Source: Anaeramoeba ignava BMAN
Taxonomy: Eukaryota > Protista > Anaeramoebae
Direction of reading: 5' to 3'
Assembly: GCA_028826165.1 (NCBI GenBank)
Contig: JAPDFW010000067.1
Coordinates: forward strand, 1 to 64,000
DNA length: 64,000 nucleotides
Of this stretch, positions 59,462 through 64,000 are shown in pieces (the stretch's first letter is position 1; each line of letters opens with the position of its first letter). Both the position numbers and the translations under genes were made by a program. The notes beneath the pieces are model-generated. The model was not told where the DNA came from. It worked only from the letters and a program-made list of their open reading frames with translations, and did not search any database.

Positions 59462-60802
59462 TTATTTCTTCTTTTGAGCAGCTTTTGTAAGTTTGGCTTC
59501 TCCTGATTTTCTTTCGATTGTTTTGATAACACCAACAGCAACAGTTTGACGCATATCTCTGACAGCAAATCTTCCAAGAGGTGGATAACTAGAATAAGTT
59601 TCAACACACATTGGTTTAGAAGGAATCATTTCAACCATAGAAGCATCACCAGTCTTAATTTCTTCTGGATTTTCATCCAAAACTTTTCCTGAACGTCTAT
59701 CCATTTTACTGAGTAATTTATTGAATTTGCAAGCAATATGAGCAGTGTGGCAATCAAGAACAGGTTGATAACCAGCCTTGATTTTTCCAGGATGATGAAG
59801 AACAATGACTTGAGCAGTGAAAGATGAGACTTCTGCTGGAGGATCACTTTTAGCATCTCCACAAACATATCCTCTTCTCAAATCTTTAACAGCAACACCT
59901 TTGATATTGAAACCAACATTATCACCAGGAAGAGCTTCAGGAAGAGATTCGTGATGCATTTCAATTGATTTGACTTCAGTTGTGATCATGCAGGGAGCAA
60001 AAGTAACAAGTTGTTGAGGGCGCATGATTCCAGTTTCAACTCTTCCGACTGGGACTGTTCCAATACCGCCAATCTTGTAGATATCTTGAAGAGGAAGTCT
60101 GAGAGGTTTATCAGTTGGGCGTTTTGGAGGTTCAACTGAATCAAGAATTTCAAGAAGAGTAGGTCCTTTCCACCAAGGCAAGTTAGCGCTTTTTTCAATC
60201 ATGTTATCTCCCATCCATCCACTGACTGGAACAAATGGAACCTTCTTGATATCATAACCGACTCTTTTGATATATGAAGAAACTTCTTTTTGGATTTCGT
60301 TGAATCGAGCTTCAGAATATTTGACTGATTTATCATCCATCTTGTTAACAACAACAACCATTTGTCTGACACCAAGTGTATAAGCTAAAAGTGCATGTTC
60401 TCTTGTTTGTCCGTCTTTTGAGATTCCGGCTTCAAATCCTCCCTTTGTTGAATCAACTACCAAAATGGCAACATCTGCTTGTGATGTTCCTGTGATCATG
60501 TTCTTGATAAAATCTCTATGTCCAGGGGCATCAATGATTGTGAAGTAATATTTGGATGTTTCAAATTTCCAAAGTGAAATATCAATGGTGATTCCTCTTT
60601 CTCTTTCTGCCTTCAATTTGTCAAGAACCCATGCATATTTGAATGAACTTTTTCCAATATCTTGTGCTTCTTTTTCATATTTCTCAATGGTTCTTTTATC
60701 AATTCCTCCACATTTGTAAATTAAATGTCCAGTAGTTGTTGATTTTCCTGAATCAACGTGACCAATAACAACAATATTAATATGTGTTTTTTCTTTTCCC
60801 AT
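59462..60802 (-). CDS. EEF1A: Elongation factor 1-alpha, intronless
   Basis: [30 protein letters not shown] and NKMD; full length. Confidence 0.99.
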   Translation of the reverse strand: MGKEKTHINIVVIGHVDSGKSTTTGHLIYKCGGIDKRTIEKYEKEAQDIGKSSFKYAWVLDKLKAERERGITIDISLWKFETSKYYFTIIDAPGHRDFIKNMITGTSQADVAILVVDSTKGGFEAGISKDGQTREHALLAYTLGVRQMVVVVNKMDDKSVKYSEARFNEIQKEVSSYIKRVGYDIKKVPFVPVSGWMGDNMIEKSANLPWWKGPTLLEILDSVEPPKRPTDKPLRLPLQDIYKIGGIGTVPVGRVETGIMRPQQLVTFAPCMITTEVKSIEMHHESLPEALPGDNVGFNIKGVAVKDLRRGYVCGDAKSDPPAEVSSFTAQVIVLHHPGKIKAGYQPVLDCHTAHIACKFNKLLSKMDRRSGKVLDENPEEIKTGDASMVEMIPSKPMCVETYSSYPPLGRFAVRDMRQTVAVGVIKTIERKSGEAKLTKAAQKKK

Positions 60803-61120
60803 TTTTTTTTTTGATTTAAAAACAAACTTCTATTATCTATATTTAAACTATTAATTTAAAAAATATAAATAAATTATATTAATAAAAAAGAAAAAAAAAT
60901 TTTTTTTAAATTATTAAATTAAATTATTAATTACTTTTCGTTTTTAATACGAAAATGAAAAATGAAAAAAATTTTTTTTTGTTAATTGATCTTTTTTATT
61001 TAAATCTCAACAGAAAAAAAAATTTTTTTTTTTTTTATTTTTTTTTATTTAACTTTTTACTTTAAATAAATTAATTTTTAATAAGAGATTATCAAAGAAA
61101 TATTAATAGAATTAAATTTT

Positions 61121-61137
61121 ATTGGTCAATGACGTCA
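61121..61137. promoter_or_regulatory. CCAAT box plus CRE palindrome in the divergent EEF1A/FARSB promoter
   Basis: ATTGG at 61121 and TGACGTCA at 61130-61137 stand out in very AT-rich DNA. Confidence 0.5.
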
Positions 61138-61568
61138 GTTAACTATTATTTCTTTTAAAAATTTATTATTAATTTATTATTTAAATTAATTTTAATTTAA
61201 TTTTTTAATCTCCCCCTAATTTAAATTTAAATTTTAATTTTATTTATAAAATAAAATAAAATAAGATCATTTAATTTTAAATTTAAAAAAACAACAAATA
61301 AACATTTTATTACTAATTTTTTTATAATTATTATTAATTTTTTTTCTATTTTTACTAATTTTTTTTTAAATTATTTTTAATTATGAAAAATTAATAATTT
61401 TTTCGTCATTTAAAAAAATCAAAACAAAATTTTTTTTTCATTTTTTCATTTTTTTTCATTTTTTCCCTAAATTTTCAAATTCAAATTCTAATTCAAATTC
61501 AAAATTATTTCAAATAAATTTTATAAATTTAATTATAAATTTAAAATTAAAATTTAATTAAAAATAAA

Positions 61569-61682
61569 ATGCCAGTTGTTTCTGTTACTCGAGATTCACT
61601 TTTTAAAGAACTTGGAAAAACTTTTACTCAAGAAGAATTTGCAGATTTTTGTTTTGAGTTTGGAATAGAACTTGATGATGTT
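61569..61682 (+). CDS. FARSB: Phenylalanyl-tRNA synthetase beta subunit, exon 1
   Basis: [38 protein letters not shown] followed by a GTAAAT donor. Missed by the ORF track. Confidence 0.92.
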
Positions 61683-64000
61683 GTAAATACAATTAGAGAG
61701 AGATTTTAATTATTAATATAAATAATAATATATTTAATATAAATAATATAAATAATATAAATAATATAAATAATATATTTAATATAAATAATATATTTAA
61801 TATAAATAATATAAATAATATAAATAATATAAATTTAATATAAATAAAATAATATATTTAAATAATATATTTAATATAAATAATATATTTAATATATTTA
61901 ATATAAAATAAATATATTTAATATAAAATAATATTTAATATAAATAATATATTTAATATAAATAATATATTTAATAGTATATTTAATATAAAATAAATAT
62001 TTAAATATAAAAATATTTAATATAATATAAAATAAATATAAATATTTAAATAAAAAAATAATATTTAATATAAAATAAAATATTTAATATAAAAATAAAA
62101 TATTTTAATATAAATAAATATATATTTAATATAAATAATATATAATAATATATATATTTATTTAATAATAAATAATATAAAATATTAATATAAATTTATT
62201 ATGTATTTTAATACAAAAATAATATATTTAATATAATTAATATATTTAATATAAAATATTTATAATTAAAATATTTAATACAAAATAACATATAATATAT
62301 TTTAATATAAATAAATAAAATAATATAAAAAATAATAATATATTTAAACATATAAACTAATATATTTTAATATGGAAAAAATAATATAAATAATATAAAT
62401 AAAATTTAAATAATTAATATAAATATTATATTTTAATATAAATAAATAATATAATATATTTAATATAAATAAATTAATATAAATAAACAATGTATAAAAT
62501 AATATAAATAAATAAAATAATATTAATATTTAATAAAATAACATAAAATAATATATTTAATATAAAATAATATATTTAATATAAATAATATATTTATTAT
62601 AAATAATATTTATAAATAATATAAATAATATATTTAATATAAATAATATATTTAATATAAAATATACAATTTAAATATAAATAATATATTTAATATAAAA
62701 ATATATAATTTAAATAATATAAATATAAATATATTTAAATATAAATAAATATTTAATACAAAAAAATAATATATTTAATATAAATAATATATTTAATATA
62801 AATAAAAAAATACATTTTAATATAAATAAATTTAAAATAATATATTTAATATATTTTACAAACAAATATCAAACAATATAACAAATATATTTTATTATAA
62901 AAAATACAAATATATAAAAATACATAAATAATACAAATAATATAAAATAATGTTTTGAATATATAATAACATGTTTATTATAAAAATACAAAATATGCAA
63001 AATATAAATATAATATTTAATAATGTATAATTACAACAAAATAAACAATATATTAATATAAACAATATAAAATAATATATTTTTAATATATTTAATATAA
63101 AATAATATATTTATTTATATATTTAAATACAAAATAAATAAATATACAATATAAAACAATAACATTTTAATATAAAATAATATATTTAATACAAACAAAT
63201 AAATAATATATTTAATATAAATAATATAAAATTATATTTTTAATATAAATAATATAAATAATTTAATATATATTTAATATAAATAATATATTTAATATAA
63301 TTAACATATTAAAATAATATAAATAAATAAATTGTTTAATATAAATAATATATTTTAATACAAATAATATAAATAATATATACATTTAATATAAATAACA
63401 TATTTTAATACATTCAAAACAAATAAAATATTTAATATAAATAATATATTTAATATATTTTAAATTGATAATAAAAAATAACATAAACAATAAATATAAA
63501 ATATTAATAATATAAATATAATACATTTATATATAATATAACAAATAAATATTTTTAATACAAATAATATATTTATATAAATAATATATTTAATATAAAT
63601 AATATGTTTAAATAAATAAATATAAATATTTAATATAAATAATATAATCATAAATAATATAAACAATAAAATATATGTTTAATATAAATAATATATTTAA
63701 TATGTTTAATAAAAAATAATATAAATATATATCCAATAAAATAATTTATAATATAAACATATAAATATGTTTAATATAAATAATATAAATTAATATATAT
63801 TTAATATATTTAATATAAATAATATATTTTATATATAAACAAATATATTTTAAAGCAAATAATAATATATTTAATATAAAATAAATAATATAAATAATAT
63901 AATTAATATGTTTATAAATAATATAAAATAATATAAACAATACATAACAAAACAATATATTGCCATGTATATTTAATAAAAACAATATTATAAATAATAT
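61683..64000 (+). repeat. FARSB intron 1 (>2.3 kb), degenerate AT repeat (AATATAAATAATATATTT-like)
   Basis: Donor at 61683; no coding continuation recognised before the window end. Confidence 0.8.

Noticed and set aside
52908-60802. Inteins or transposases within the long ORFs
   Set aside because: No Hint/HN-C motifs, LAGLIDADG, RT or DDE signatures recognised; the insertions are low-complexity only.

Overview
Gene-dense, extremely AT-rich eukaryotic nuclear DNA with GT-AG spliceosomal introns and N/Q/E low-complexity tracts. It is most consistent with an anaerobic protist; Anaeramoeba or another metamonad is a guess from composition, tandem TCA Inr-like motifs and an organelle-targeted succinyl-CoA synthetase. 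About 25 protein genes can be reconstructed: a divergent Rab, RBX1, a SatP/Gpr1-like transporter, a CYTH enzyme, a BEACH-WD40 protein, presenilin, an SSXT+SANT-like protein, a triple winged-helix-like protein, four tandem tail-anchored paralogs, a VASt protein, KRR1, a CENP-W-like histone fold, NEPRO/Rmp1-like, 4xPH+EF-hand, SUCLG1, PH-CLU-TPR, RPB9, PIKfyve, EF-1alpha and FARSB exon 1. The left ~30 kb carries many single-base frameshifts, probably sequencing errors. Most striking: (i) introns inflated to 0.6-2.6 kb by tandem repeats, mostly with 6- or 12-nt units, with related arrays between genes; (ii) a ~4.3 kb almost pure A/T satellite with a ~140-145 bp unit; (iii) a candidate structured, possibly spliced ncRNA beside it; (iv) an apparent G/T-to-A/C strand-skew flip centred on the AT arrays, independent of gene direction. 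Family calls come from motif recognition by eye, not database searches.
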